A DNA stretch of 64,000 bases from Candidatus Eiseniibacteriota bacterium (lineage in GTDB: Bacteria; Eisenbacteria; RBG-16-71-46): contig JBGAML010000004.1 of assembly GCA_044223005.1 (NCBI GenBank), positions 1-64,000 on the forward strand, in the 5' to 3' direction. A program made the position numbers and the translations under genes. Shown piece by piece: positions 46,608 to 55,842 of this stretch (positions within the stretch are counted from its first letter, which is position 1; each line of letters begins with the position of its first letter). Under the pieces are notes generated by a model. That model did not search any database. It saw only the letters and a program-made list of their open reading frames with translations, and was not told where the DNA came from.

Positions 46608-48554
46608 ATGAGCCTGCTGCCCGCGGATTCCCCCGCCTCGGGGCCCGATTCCAGCGCCGGGTTCCGCGTGCGCTACGAGCTGTTCGCGTCCGCCAGTCGC
46701 GACATCATCCTGTTCGTGCGCGTGGCGGACGGCCGCCTGCTCGACGCGAACGAGGCCGCGGTCACGGCGTACGGGGTCCCGCGCGAGGAACTGCTGCGCC
46801 GGACGATCTTCGACCTGAGGTCCGCCGAGGAACGCGATCGCGCGCGGCGACTGCTGGCGGAGGCCGCCGAAGCGGGCGCCCTGATGTTCGAGACCGAGCA
46901 CCAGCGCGCCGACGGCACGCGCTTCCCGGTCGAGATCAGCGCCACCGCCGCGACGCTCGGCGGCGAACGCGTGATGCTCGCGATCGTCCGCGACATCACC
47001 GAGCGGCGCCGGACCGAACGCGAGCACCAGGCCGCGGCGCGCCGCGACGCGGAGCAGCAGGGCGAACTCCGCTTCCGCGCGCTCGTCGAGAATTCCACCG
47101 ACGTCCTCAACGTCTTCGACGCCGACGGCGTCATCCGGCTCTGGAGCCCCGGGGTCCACAACGTGCTCGGCTGGACCGAGGCCGAGGTCGTGGGCCGGCC
47201 GATCGGCGACTTCCTGCACGCCGACGAGCGCTCCGCGATCCATGAGGCGATCGAGGCACTGCTGCGCCAGCCGGACGTCCCGCAGCGGCTCGAGCATCGC
47301 ATCCGCACGCGCGACGGGGGTTGGATCGAGTTCGAGACGATCGCCCGCAACCTGCTCGGCGAGCCGCTCGTCCGCGGCATCGTCACCAACTCGCGCGATC
47401 TCTCGGGGCAGCGCCAGCTGCAGCAGCGTGCCGCCGAGATGCAGAAGCTGGAAAGCATCGGCCGGCTCGCGGGCGGGGTGGCGCACGACTTCAACAACCT
47501 GCTCACGGCCATCCTCGGGGGCGCGGACGCCGCCGCCGACGCGCTCTCGCGCGGCACGATGCCGGCGATCGAGGACGTGGAGGCGATTCGCACCGCCGGC
47601 GAGCGCGCGCGGGACGTCACGCGCCAGCTGCTCTCGTTCGCGCGCCGGCATCCCACGGATCCCGTGCCGCTCGACCTGCGCGAGGTGCTGCGCGAGAACG
47701 AACGCATGCTCCGCCGGCTGCTGCCCGAGACGATCGCGATCGAGACGGCGCTGCCGCCGGCGATCCCGCGCGTCATGGCGGATCCGGGACAGGTGCAGCA
47801 GGTGATCGTGAATCTCGCGGTGAACGCGCGCGACGCGATGCCGCGAGGGGGCACGCTGAGCTTCGAGCTCGTCGACCGGCCCGCGGCGAGCGCGGCGTCG
47901 CGCCGCGAAGTGCGGCTGGTCGTGCGCGACACGGGCGAAGGCATGACGGACGAGGTGCGGGCGCACGCGTTCGAGCCGTTCTTCACCACGCGCCCGCAGG
48001 GACAGGGCACCGGACTCGGCCTCGCGACGGTGTACGGCATCGTCACCCAGTGCGATGGCCGCATCGCGCTCGAAAGCGCGCCCGGCCGCGGGACCACCGT
48101 CACGATCGACCTGCCCGCCACGGACGTGGAGCCGGCGGCCCCGCTTCCCGCGGAACCCGTCACCGGCGGGCGCGAACGCGTGCTCGTGGTCGAGGACGAG
48201 GACCTCGTACGCGATCTCACCGCCCGGGCGCTCGAGCAGGCTGGCTATCACGTGAAGGTGGCGGCGGACGCTGAAGCGGCGCTGGCCGCCGCGGGCGAAC
48301 CGGGAGAGGCGCTCGACCTGCTGGTCACCGACGTGGTGATGCCCGGGCGCACGGGCCCGCAGCTCGCGGCGGAACTGCGCGCACGGCACCCCGGGCTGGC
48401 GGTTCTCTTCGTCTCGGGCTACACGCAGGACGCGATGGGCGCCCCCGGTGAGGTGGCCTCGGGGGTCGAGTTCCTGCAGAAGCCCTTCCGGATCGGCGAC
48501 CTGCTCCGGCGCGCCCGGGGGGCGATCGAGCGGGCCCGGCTCGCGCGCGGCTGA
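46608..48554 (+). CDS. Hybrid sensor kinase (PAS-PAS-HisKA-HATPase-REC)
   Basis: Two PAS domains; GRLAGGVAHDFNNLL; NARDAM; FEPFFTT…GTGLGL; REC VVEDE…LVTDVVMP…KP. Confidence 0.93.
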   Translation: MSLLPADSPASGPDSSAGFRVRYELFASASRDIILFVRVADGRLLDANEAAVTAYGVPREELLRRTIFDLRSAEERDRARRLLAEAAEAGALMFETEHQRADGTRFPVEISATAATLGGERVMLAIVRDITERRRTEREHQAAARRDAEQQGELRFRALVENSTDVLNVFDADGVIRLWSPGVHNVLGWTEAEVVGRPIGDFLHADERSAIHEAIEALLRQPDVPQRLEHRIRTRDGGWIEFETIARNLLGEPLVRGIVTNSRDLSGQRQLQQRAAEMQKLESIGRLAGGVAHDFNNLLTAILGGADAAADALSRGTMPAIEDVEAIRTAGERARDVTRQLLSFARRHPTDPVPLDLREVLRENERMLRRLLPETIAIETALPPAIPRVMADPGQVQQVIVNLAVNARDAMPRGGTLSFELVDRPAASAASRREVRLVVRDTGEGMTDEVRAHAFEPFFTTRPQGQGTGLGLATVYGIVTQCDGRIALESAPGRGTTVTIDLPATDVEPAAPLPAEPVTGGRERVLVVEDEDLVRDLTARALEQAGYHVKVAADAEAALAAAGEPGEALDLLVTDVVMPGRTGPQLAAELRARHPGLAVLFVSGYTQDAMGAPGEVASGVEFLQKPFRIGDLLRRARGAIERARLARG

Positions 48555-48629
48555 CGTGCGTCCGCGCGGCGTTGGAGCCGCGCTGGGGTTGTGCGAGACT
48601 CGGCGTCCACGTTCGGAGGCCTTTCCCGC

Positions 48630-49718
48630 ATGCGCTGGTCCATCCGGCTCGGCTCGCTCGCCGGCATCCGCATCGAAATGCACGTCACGTTCCTGCTCAT
48701 GCTGGCGGGCGTGGCGTGGTTCACTTCGTCGGGCCTGCGCGACGCGTTCCACACGGCGCTCCACCTGGTGCTGCTGTTCGGGTGCGTGCTGCTGCACGAG
48801 CTCGGTCACGCGCTGGCGGCGCGGCGCTACGGCATCCGCACCCGCGAGATCGTGCTGCTCCCGATCGGCGGCGTGGCGCGCCTCGAGCGCATGCCCGAGA
48901 AGCCGGCGCAGGAGCTGGTCGTCGCGATCGCCGGGCCGGCCGTCAACGTCGTGCTCGCGACGATCTTCGGCGCGGTGCTGTTCGCGATGGGCACGCCGAC
49001 CGACCAGATCCTCGCGCGCGCCGAAGGGGAGGGCACGCTCGAGTTCCTGTTGTTCGCCAACCTCGCGATGCTCGCGTTCAACCTGGTGCCCGCGTTCCCG
49101 ATGGACGGCGGGCGCGTGCTGCGCGCGGTGATGGCGATGTTCCTGCCGTACACGCGCGCGACTCGGTACGCCTCGCTGGTGGGCCAGGGATTCGCGCTGC
49201 TGTTCGCGGCGGTGGGGATCTTCGTGCTCAAGAGCCCGGTGCTCGTGTTCATCGCGCTGTTCGTGTTCGTCACCGCGGGCGAGGAACGTTCGCTCGTCCA
49301 GACGCGCAGCTCGCTCACGGGCCTGCCCGTCAGCGCCGCGATGGTCACGGCGTTCGTCAGCCTCGAGACGCGGCACGAGCTCGCGTACGCGGTCGACCTG
49401 CTGCTCGCCGGCGAGCAGCAGGACTTCCCGGTGCTCGAAGACGGCCAGCTGCTCGGGATGCTCTCGCGCGCCGACCTGCTGCGCGGCATGCGCACCGAAG
49501 GTCCGGATTCGCCCGTCGGCCGGCTCGTGCGGCTGGACGTGGCGCCGATCGAGGCGTCCATGCCGCTGGACGCGGCGCTGCAGCGGATGAGCGCGACGCG
49601 CCAGAACGCGTTGCCGGTCGTCGCGCGCGGGCGGCTCGTCGGCATGCTCACCGTGGAGAACATCCGCGAGCTGCTGCTCGTGCTCGAGGCCCGCCAGCGT
49701 CACGCCGGCCTGGCCTGA
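48630..49718 (+). CDS. Site-2 protease (M50) with CBS domains
   Basis: LLHELGH, IAGPAVN, FNLVPAFPMDGGR; C-terminal CBS pair. Confidence 0.92.
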   Translation: MRWSIRLGSLAGIRIEMHVTFLLMLAGVAWFTSSGLRDAFHTALHLVLLFGCVLLHELGHALAARRYGIRTREIVLLPIGGVARLERMPEKPAQELVVAIAGPAVNVVLATIFGAVLFAMGTPTDQILARAEGEGTLEFLLFANLAMLAFNLVPAFPMDGGRVLRAVMAMFLPYTRATRYASLVGQGFALLFAAVGIFVLKSPVLVFIALFVFVTAGEERSLVQTRSSLTGLPVSAAMVTAFVSLETRHELAYAVDLLLAGEQQDFPVLEDGQLLGMLSRADLLRGMRTEGPDSPVGRLVRLDVAPIEASMPLDAALQRMSATRQNALPVVARGRLVGMLTVENIRELLLVLEARQRHAGLA

Positions 49719-49740
49719 GCACGCCCGCGCGAGACCCGCA

Positions 49741-49770
49741 TTGACCCCGCGCGCGGGCGCCGACCACAAT
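49741..49770 (+). promoter_or_regulatory. sigma70-type promoter, probable leaderless transcript
   Basis: TTGACC-N18-CACAAT with the ATG 6 nt downstream at 49777. Confidence 0.55.
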
Positions 49771-49776
49771 GCGGTC

Positions 49777-50592
49777 ATGCCCGGTCGAGTCCTGCGTGCC
49801 CGTTGGATCCTGCCGTTCGTCGCCGTCGCGGCGGCGTACGCGCTGTGGCGGAACGCCCACGCGCCGCACTGGCGCGAACTGGCTCCCGGCGTCGAGTTCG
49901 CGACCATCGTCGGCGAGCCGTGGTGCCGGCTGGGCTCGACCGCCGTGGCGGTGCTGCGCGTGGACCCCGCGCGGGTCCGGCTGAAGGCGAGGCATTACAC
50001 GCGGCAGCGGCCGGTGCGGCTCCAGTCGGTGATCGAGTGGCAGGCGTCGACGCGGGCCCTCGCCGTCTTCAACGCCGGGCAGTACTACCCCGACTTCCGC
50101 TACATGGGCGTGCTCGTCTGCGACGGCGACACCGTGAGCGCGCGGCCGCACGCGTCGTTCCAGGCGGCTTTCGTCGCGCGGCGCGGTGCGGGCACCGTGC
50201 TCGATCTCGCGCGGCAGCCCCTGCGCGAATCGCGCGGATGGACCGACGTCGCGCAGTCCTTCATGCTCTTCGACCACGCGGGCGGCGTGCGCGTGCAGCG
50301 CTCGTCCCACATCGCCAACCGCACCGCGGTGGGCGTCGACTCGCGCGGCTGGCTCGTGATCTGCGTCAGCGAGGGGGCGTACACGCTCGCCGACTTCGCC
50401 GAGATGCTGCAGCGCTCGCGGCTCCACCTGACGCACGCGATGTCGATGGACGGCGGCCTCGAATCCGAGCTGGTCGTCTCGACGCGCCGTTTTCGCTACG
50501 CCAGCTTCGGAGCCTGGCCCACGGACCGCACGCCCTCGGCACCCGGGGCGCAGGTGCCGCTGCCGGCGGTGATCACGGTGGAGCCCCGGTGA
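49777..50592 (+). CDS. Phosphodiester glycosidase (NAGPA-like) family protein
   Basis: VLRVDP, VFNAGQY, NRTAVG, AMSMDGG. Confidence 0.75.
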   Translation: MPGRVLRARWILPFVAVAAAYALWRNAHAPHWRELAPGVEFATIVGEPWCRLGSTAVAVLRVDPARVRLKARHYTRQRPVRLQSVIEWQASTRALAVFNAGQYYPDFRYMGVLVCDGDTVSARPHASFQAAFVARRGAGTVLDLARQPLRESRGWTDVAQSFMLFDHAGGVRVQRSSHIANRTAVGVDSRGWLVICVSEGAYTLADFAEMLQRSRLHLTHAMSMDGGLESELVVSTRRFRYASFGAWPTDRTPSAPGAQVPLPAVITVEPR

Positions 50593-51152
50593 GCGCCGGC
50601 GGGTTCCCGTGCGCGCGCTGTGGCCGCCCGCTGCGGCGCCGCCCGGCCAACGCGACGCGGCCGAAGCACATCGAGTGCCCGCGCTGCGGCTACGTGATCT
50701 ACGACTATCCGCGCCCGGCGGCGGGTGTGCTCGCGGTGCGCGGCGACACGGTGCTGCTGGTGAAGCGCGGGCACCGGCCGCGGATCGGTTTCCTCGACGT
50801 GCCCGGTGGGTTCATCGAGGCGGGCGAGGGGATCGAGCAGGCCGCGCGACGCGAGTTGCGCGAGGAGACCGGCATCGTCCTCGGCCGCATGGAGCCGCTC
50901 GGCTTCTACTGGGACACGTACTCGCTGCGTGGCTTCGGGCGCTTCCCGACCATGAACTGGTACTTCGTCGGGCACTCGCGCCGCGGCACGCCGCACGCGG
51001 GCGACGACGCGTCGGCGGCGGAGTGGGTGCCGATCGGGGCGCTCGCATCGCTGCGCTCGCGCTGGTCGTGGATGCACATGGGCGCGCTGTTCCGCGACCT
51101 GCGCCGCTGGTGGCGGCGCGACCGCTCGGCGCGCGGGAGGGTGGAGCGATGA
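50589..51152 (+). CDS. NUDIX hydrolase with N-terminal zinc ribbon
   Basis: CARCG…CPRCG; Nudix box PGGFIEAGEGIEQAARRELREETG; GTGA overlap. Confidence 0.9.
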   Translation: MSAGGFPCARCGRPLRRRPANATRPKHIECPRCGYVIYDYPRPAAGVLAVRGDTVLLVKRGHRPRIGFLDVPGGFIEAGEGIEQAARRELREETGIVLGRMEPLGFYWDTYSLRGFGRFPTMNWYFVGHSRRGTPHAGDDASAAEWVPIGALASLRSRWSWMHMGALFRDLRRWWRRDRSARGRVER

Positions 51153-51814
51153 CGCGGGCGGCGCACGCGCACGGGCGCTACCGGATGCACTTCGGCGGCG
51201 TGCCCTGCGGCGAGGAGCGCTGGGCGGTGGAGTGGGACGGCAGCGGTGAGGTCGCGACCGGCGAGCAGGTCACGCACGCGCCGTTCCCGTTCCCGAGCAC
51301 GCTCGAGTGGCGCGCGCGCACCGACGCCGATCACCGCGTGATCGCGGTCGAGGCGCGCTGGCGCGTGGGGGAGCGGCTCGTCGAGGCGCGGCACGCGGCC
51401 GACGGCGCGCTCTGGCGCGCGCGGATCGAGCATGCCGGGCAGGTGCGCGAACAGGAAGGCGACTACCCGCCGCGCGCGCACGTGCTGCTCGGTTCGCACG
51501 TGCTGCACGGCTTCGCGTTCCGGCGGCTCGCGCTGGCGCCGGGCGCGCAGCACGAGCTGCTCGTGCTCACGATCGGGCCGCCGTGGATGGCCGTCGAGCC
51601 GGGACGTCTCGTCGTGCGCTGCACCGAGGCGCGCGCGATCGAGACCGCGTGGGGCCTGCGCGAGGCGCGGCGGATCGAGGTGCTCGACCCGGCGCGCGGG
51701 CGCGCCGAGGCGTTCGCGGCGTGGATCGACGCCGACGACGTGGTGCTCGCGTCCCGCGAGGGCGAGGGCGACGCGCTGCCGTGGATGACGCTCGAGGAGT
51801 ACGAGCGCACCTGA
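51149..51814 (+). CDS. Hypothetical beta-rich protein
   Basis: ATGA overlap with the NUDIX stop, GGAG RBS, coding-like frame. No recognisable motif. Confidence 0.6.
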   Translation: MTRAAHAHGRYRMHFGGVPCGEERWAVEWDGSGEVATGEQVTHAPFPFPSTLEWRARTDADHRVIAVEARWRVGERLVEARHAADGALWRARIEHAGQVREQEGDYPPRAHVLLGSHVLHGFAFRRLALAPGAQHELLVLTIGPPWMAVEPGRLVVRCTEARAIETAWGLREARRIEVLDPARGRAEAFAAWIDADDVVLASREGEGDALPWMTLEEYERT

Positions 51815-51920
51815 GCGGTCCGCGACGCCGTTTCCGGCCCGCCGCGGGGCCGTGTAGACTTTTCGGCCGGCGCGCCGCGAGGGCACGCCGGCCGTCCCGA
51901 CCTCCGGAGGAACTCCCCGC

Positions 51921-53846
51921 GTGAAACCGCAGCGCCCGGGCCCCCGTGCCCCCCGAACGGCGCCGTCGCGCGCGGACCGTCCCGAGGCGCGCGCGCGCGT
52001 GCTCGCGCTCGCGATTCCCGCGCTCGCCGCCGTGCTGTCCTACCTGCCCTCGCTCGGTCACGGCTTCGTGCTCGACGATCACTGGCTCGTCGAGGGCAAC
52101 GCGCAGCTCGCCCCGGGAGCCTCGCTCGGAGCGCTGCTGCACGCCGACTTCTGGGGTGGTTCGGCCGGCCCTTCGGGCATGTGGCGGCCGCTGATCGCGC
52201 TCGTCTACTGGATCGGCGTGCGCGTGGGCGGCGGGCCCGCGCTCTTCCATGCGCTCAACGTGTGCGCGCACGCAGGCGTGAGCGCGCTGGTCGCCGCGCT
52301 CGCGATGGAGGCCGGCTTGCCCGCGCTCGCGGCCGGTGCCGGCGCGCTGTGGTTCGCCGTCATGCCCGCGCACGCCGAGAGCGTGGCGTGGGTCGCGGGC
52401 TGCACCGACCTGCTCTCGGCGCTCGCGTTCCTCGCGGCGCTGGTGGCCGACCGCCGTGCGCGCCGCGCGGGCGCGGCGTGGTGCGGCCCGTGGCCGCTCG
52501 TGCTGCTGGCCCTCGCGCTGCTCGCCAAGGAGATCGCCGCCGGCTACGTGGTGGTCGCCGCGCTGCTCGACGCCTCCGACGGCCCGCCGCGCCGGCCATG
52601 GTCGGCGGTCGCGCGCTGGGTCGCGCCGGCGTTCGCGCTCACCGCGGTATGGGCGGTGCTGCACGCGGTGCTGGTGCCGCTCGCGACCGACTTCCGCTAC
52701 TTCGACGCCGCGCTGCGCGAGCAGGCGCGCTGGGCCGCGCTCACGCTGCTGCCGCTGCAGCTCGAATTCCTCGCGCCCTGGTACGCGCACTCGCCGCTCG
52801 TCGCGATCCGCCTGCCCACCTCGGGCACCGATCCGGCGGTGCTCGGCGGCACCGCGCTGCTGCTCGCGGCGCTCGCGCTCTTCGGCTGGCTGGCGTGGAC
52901 GCGCCGCCGCGCGGCGGCGCCGGTGGCGCTGTTCCTCGTCACCGCGCTGCCGATCACGCTCGCCGTGTGGAGCCAGGCGCACCTGACGCTCGGCGAGCGC
53001 ATTCTCTACCTGCCCTCGGCCGGCGCCGCGTGGCTGCTCGCGCTGCTGGTCGCGCGCTTCGCCGGCACGCCGGCGGCGCGCACGGCGCTGCTCGCCGCGT
53101 GCGGCGTCCTGGTCGCGTGGAGCGCCTGGGCCACGGTCGGGCTGGTGCCCGCGTGGCACGACGACGACGCCTACTTCGCGGCGATCGTGGCCGCGCAGCC
53201 GCAGAACCCCGCGGGCCACATCGGCCGCGCCGGCCAGCTCGCGCGCGCCGGCAAGCGCGAGGAAGCGCTGGCCGAGCTCGCGCTGGCCGAGCGCATCAAC
53301 CCTCAGCTGCCCGAGATCGGCGTGACGCGCGCGATGCTCGAAGTGGACGCGGGCGACTGGAACGGCGGCCTGCTGTCGGCCGAACACGCGATCTCGCTCG
53401 AGCCCGGCAATGCCCGCGCGCAGCTGCTGCGTGCGCTCTGCCTGCTGCGGCTGCGCCGCGCGGGCGAGGCGCTCGAGGCGCTGCAGGCGCTCGAGCGGCG
53501 CGACCCGGGCGACCCCGACGTCACGTCGCTGCTCGGTCAGTGCCTGTTCGTGAGCGGCAAGCCCGCGGAAGCGGTGCCCTACCTGGAGCGGGCCGCCGCG
53601 GCGCAGGACCAGGATCCGTCGATCCACTTCGCGCTCGGGCAGAGCTACGCGCAGGTGAAGCGCGCCGCCGACGCGCGCCGCGAGTTCGAGCGCTGCACGC
53701 AGCTCGACCCCGACGATCCGGGCAGCTGGCACCGCCTCGCCGACATGTGCACGGAGCTTGGCGACACGGCGGCCGCGGCGGCGGCGCGAGCCCGCGCGGC
53801 CGCGATCACGCCCGCGGGGGCACCCGCGGACACGCCCGCCCGCTAG
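51921..53846 (+). CDS. TMTC-like membrane glycosyltransferase (GT-C) with C-terminal TPR repeats
   Basis: GFVLDD acidic loop, MWRPL, PAHAESVAWVAGCTDLL, LAKE, ERILYLPS, followed by TPR repeats. Confidence 0.78.
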   Translation: MKPQRPGPRAPRTAPSRADRPEARARVLALAIPALAAVLSYLPSLGHGFVLDDHWLVEGNAQLAPGASLGALLHADFWGGSAGPSGMWRPLIALVYWIGVRVGGGPALFHALNVCAHAGVSALVAALAMEAGLPALAAGAGALWFAVMPAHAESVAWVAGCTDLLSALAFLAALVADRRARRAGAAWCGPWPLVLLALALLAKEIAAGYVVVAALLDASDGPPRRPWSAVARWVAPAFALTAVWAVLHAVLVPLATDFRYFDAALREQARWAALTLLPLQLEFLAPWYAHSPLVAIRLPTSGTDPAVLGGTALLLAALALFGWLAWTRRRAAAPVALFLVTALPITLAVWSQAHLTLGERILYLPSAGAAWLLALLVARFAGTPAARTALLAACGVLVAWSAWATVGLVPAWHDDDAYFAAIVAAQPQNPAGHIGRAGQLARAGKREEALAELALAERINPQLPEIGVTRAMLEVDAGDWNGGLLSAEHAISLEPGNARAQLLRALCLLRLRRAGEALEALQALERRDPGDPDVTSLLGQCLFVSGKPAEAVPYLERAAAAQDQDPSIHFALGQSYAQVKRAADARREFERCTQLDPDDPGSWHRLADMCTELGDTAAAAAARARAAAITPAGAPADTPAR

Positions 53847-53871
53847 GCGTCGCGTCCGCGGGCGTCGCGCG

Positions 53872-55698
53872 TCACTGCCCGAGCCAGATCAACTTCTGCA
53901 CGGCCTCGGTGTCCGCCGCGCGCAGCCGCACGTGGTACACGGCCGGCGCCATCGCCACGCCGCGATCGTCGCGGCCGTCCCAGCGCGCCGTGTGCTCTCC
54001 GGCGGCGAAGTGCCCGGCGGCGAGCGTGCGCACGCGCCGCCCGTCGACGGAGTAGATCGCGAGCTCGAGCGAGCCCGCGCGCGGCAGGCGCCAGCGCAGC
54101 GCCGTCGCATGGTGCGCGGGGTTCGGCATCGCGGGGGCGAGCGCCACGCCGGGCGCCAGCGGTCCGCCGTCGCCGATTCCCGTGGCCCCCATGTCGACGG
54201 CGGCCTTGATGTCGAGCTTGCCCCAGCCCCACACGTTGTTGGGCGAGCCACCCGCCACGTCGCACAGCGTCGTGGCCACGTACACGGCCGAGTGCTCGAG
54301 GAGGTTCTCCGTCGCGGCGATCTGGTTCCGGAGCTGCGGCCAGCGCGACCAGAGCAGGGCAATCGCGCCCGCCACGTGCGGCGTCGCCATGGACGTGCCG
54401 CTCAGCGAGCCGTAGGTGTTGCCGCGCAGGCACGAGCGCACCGACACGCCGGGCGCCGAGATGTCGGGCTTCATGCGGCCGCTGCCGTCCGCGGTGACCG
54501 GCCCGCGGCTGCTGAAGGACGCGATCGATCCGGTCGTGGAGCTGAACGCGCCGACGGTCGTGCTCGCGTCGTGGAACGACGGCGGGTCGCTCACCGTGGA
54601 GCATGCGGGGCCGCTGTTGCCGGCCGCGGCGACGAACATGATGCCCGCGGCGCGCTGCGCCTCGACCGCGGCCTGCAGCGAGCTGGTCGTGCAGCCCTCG
54701 GACGCCGGGCAGCCCCACGAGTTGGTGGTGATGTCCGGGGCCTTGTCGGGATCGCCCTGTGCGGGCGTGCCGCCGACCGGGTAGGGCGCGAGGAACCACT
54801 CCATGCACTCGATGTAGCGCGCCGGCGTGCCGTTGCCCTGGTCCATGTTCCGGCACGCGATGAACTTGGCGCCCGGCGCGACGCCGATCTGGTTCGTGCC
54901 CGCGAGGTCCGCTCCGACCGCGGTGCCGAGCGTGTGCGTGCCGTGCCCGTCGTCGTCGCAGGGGGCCGTCGCGTCGGGACCGCAGACGCCGCCGCCCGTG
55001 TGGATGCTGTCGTGCCAGTTGTAGTCGTGGCTCGCCGTGGTGCCGTTCCAGCCGCGATAGTGGTTGATGAGCGCCGGGTGGTCCCACTGGACGCCGGTGT
55101 CCGCGCCACCGATCACGATGCCCTGGCCCGAGTAGCCGAGCGCCCACACGTCGGGCGCGCGGATCGCCGTGACGCCGGGCTCGATCGCGCTCGTGGACTG
55201 CGCGCTCGCCTGCATCGCCGCACGCAGTTCCTCGACCGTCGGGGCCGCCGGCTGCACGGCCTTGATCTCGGGGTTGCCCTCGATGCGGGCGACGTCGGCG
55301 CGCGAGGCCAGCGCCAGCGCGAGCGCCTGCGAGCCCGTCACCTGGATCGCGTTCACGATATAGAACGGGTGGTAGGTCGCGCCCTGCTGGTCGAGCCATT
55401 CGAGTAGCGGGCCCTGCGTCGCGCGCGCCTTCGCCCACAGCTGGTCGTGCACCCAGCGCGTCTTGGCGGCCTTGTCGGGGAGCCCCGCGGCGCCCGAAAG
55501 ATCCGCCTGGTCGCCCAGCACGACGATGTACTCGGCGGTCTGCCCGGCCGACGTGTGCTCGTACACCCACGACGCGATCTTCGCCTGCGCGACCGAGGCG
55601 GGGACCGTGCCGCCGGTGCCGGCGGACGCGACGCCGGCGGCCACCGCCAGCGCGACGAGGGTGAGGAACAGCGGGGTGCGCGGCGTGCGGCGGATCAT
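53872..55698 (-). CDS. Secreted S8 (subtilisin-like) serine peptidase with a C-terminal FlgD-Ig/T9SS-like domain
   Basis: Catalytic triad ADTG, GHGTH, GTSMATPH; C-terminus PNP…IYSVDGRRVRTL…WDGRDDRG…VYHVRL. Confidence 0.92.
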   Translation of the reverse strand: MIRRTPRTPLFLTLVALAVAAGVASAGTGGTVPASVAQAKIASWVYEHTSAGQTAEYIVVLGDQADLSGAAGLPDKAAKTRWVHDQLWAKARATQGPLLEWLDQQGATYHPFYIVNAIQVTGSQALALALASRADVARIEGNPEIKAVQPAAPTVEELRAAMQASAQSTSAIEPGVTAIRAPDVWALGYSGQGIVIGGADTGVQWDHPALINHYRGWNGTTASHDYNWHDSIHTGGGVCGPDATAPCDDDGHGTHTLGTAVGADLAGTNQIGVAPGAKFIACRNMDQGNGTPARYIECMEWFLAPYPVGGTPAQGDPDKAPDITTNSWGCPASEGCTTSSLQAAVEAQRAAGIMFVAAAGNSGPACSTVSDPPSFHDASTTVGAFSSTTGSIASFSSRGPVTADGSGRMKPDISAPGVSVRSCLRGNTYGSLSGTSMATPHVAGAIALLWSRWPQLRNQIAATENLLEHSAVYVATTLCDVAGGSPNNVWGWGKLDIKAAVDMGATGIGDGGPLAPGVALAPAMPNPAHHATALRWRLPRAGSLELAIYSVDGRRVRTLAAGHFAAGEHTARWDGRDDRGVAMAPAVYHVRLRAADTEAVQKLIWLGQ

Positions 55699-55842
55699 GC
55701 GAGGGCCTCCGGAGCGGGTCGCGGGACGACGGTTCGATCCCATGATGATACCCCGCGCCTCTCGTGGCGCGACAGGGTTCCCGCGCCGGGCGTGGCCGGA
55801 ATCGCTGCCGCGGCGGGCCCGGCGGGGGTAGAGTGCCGGGCC

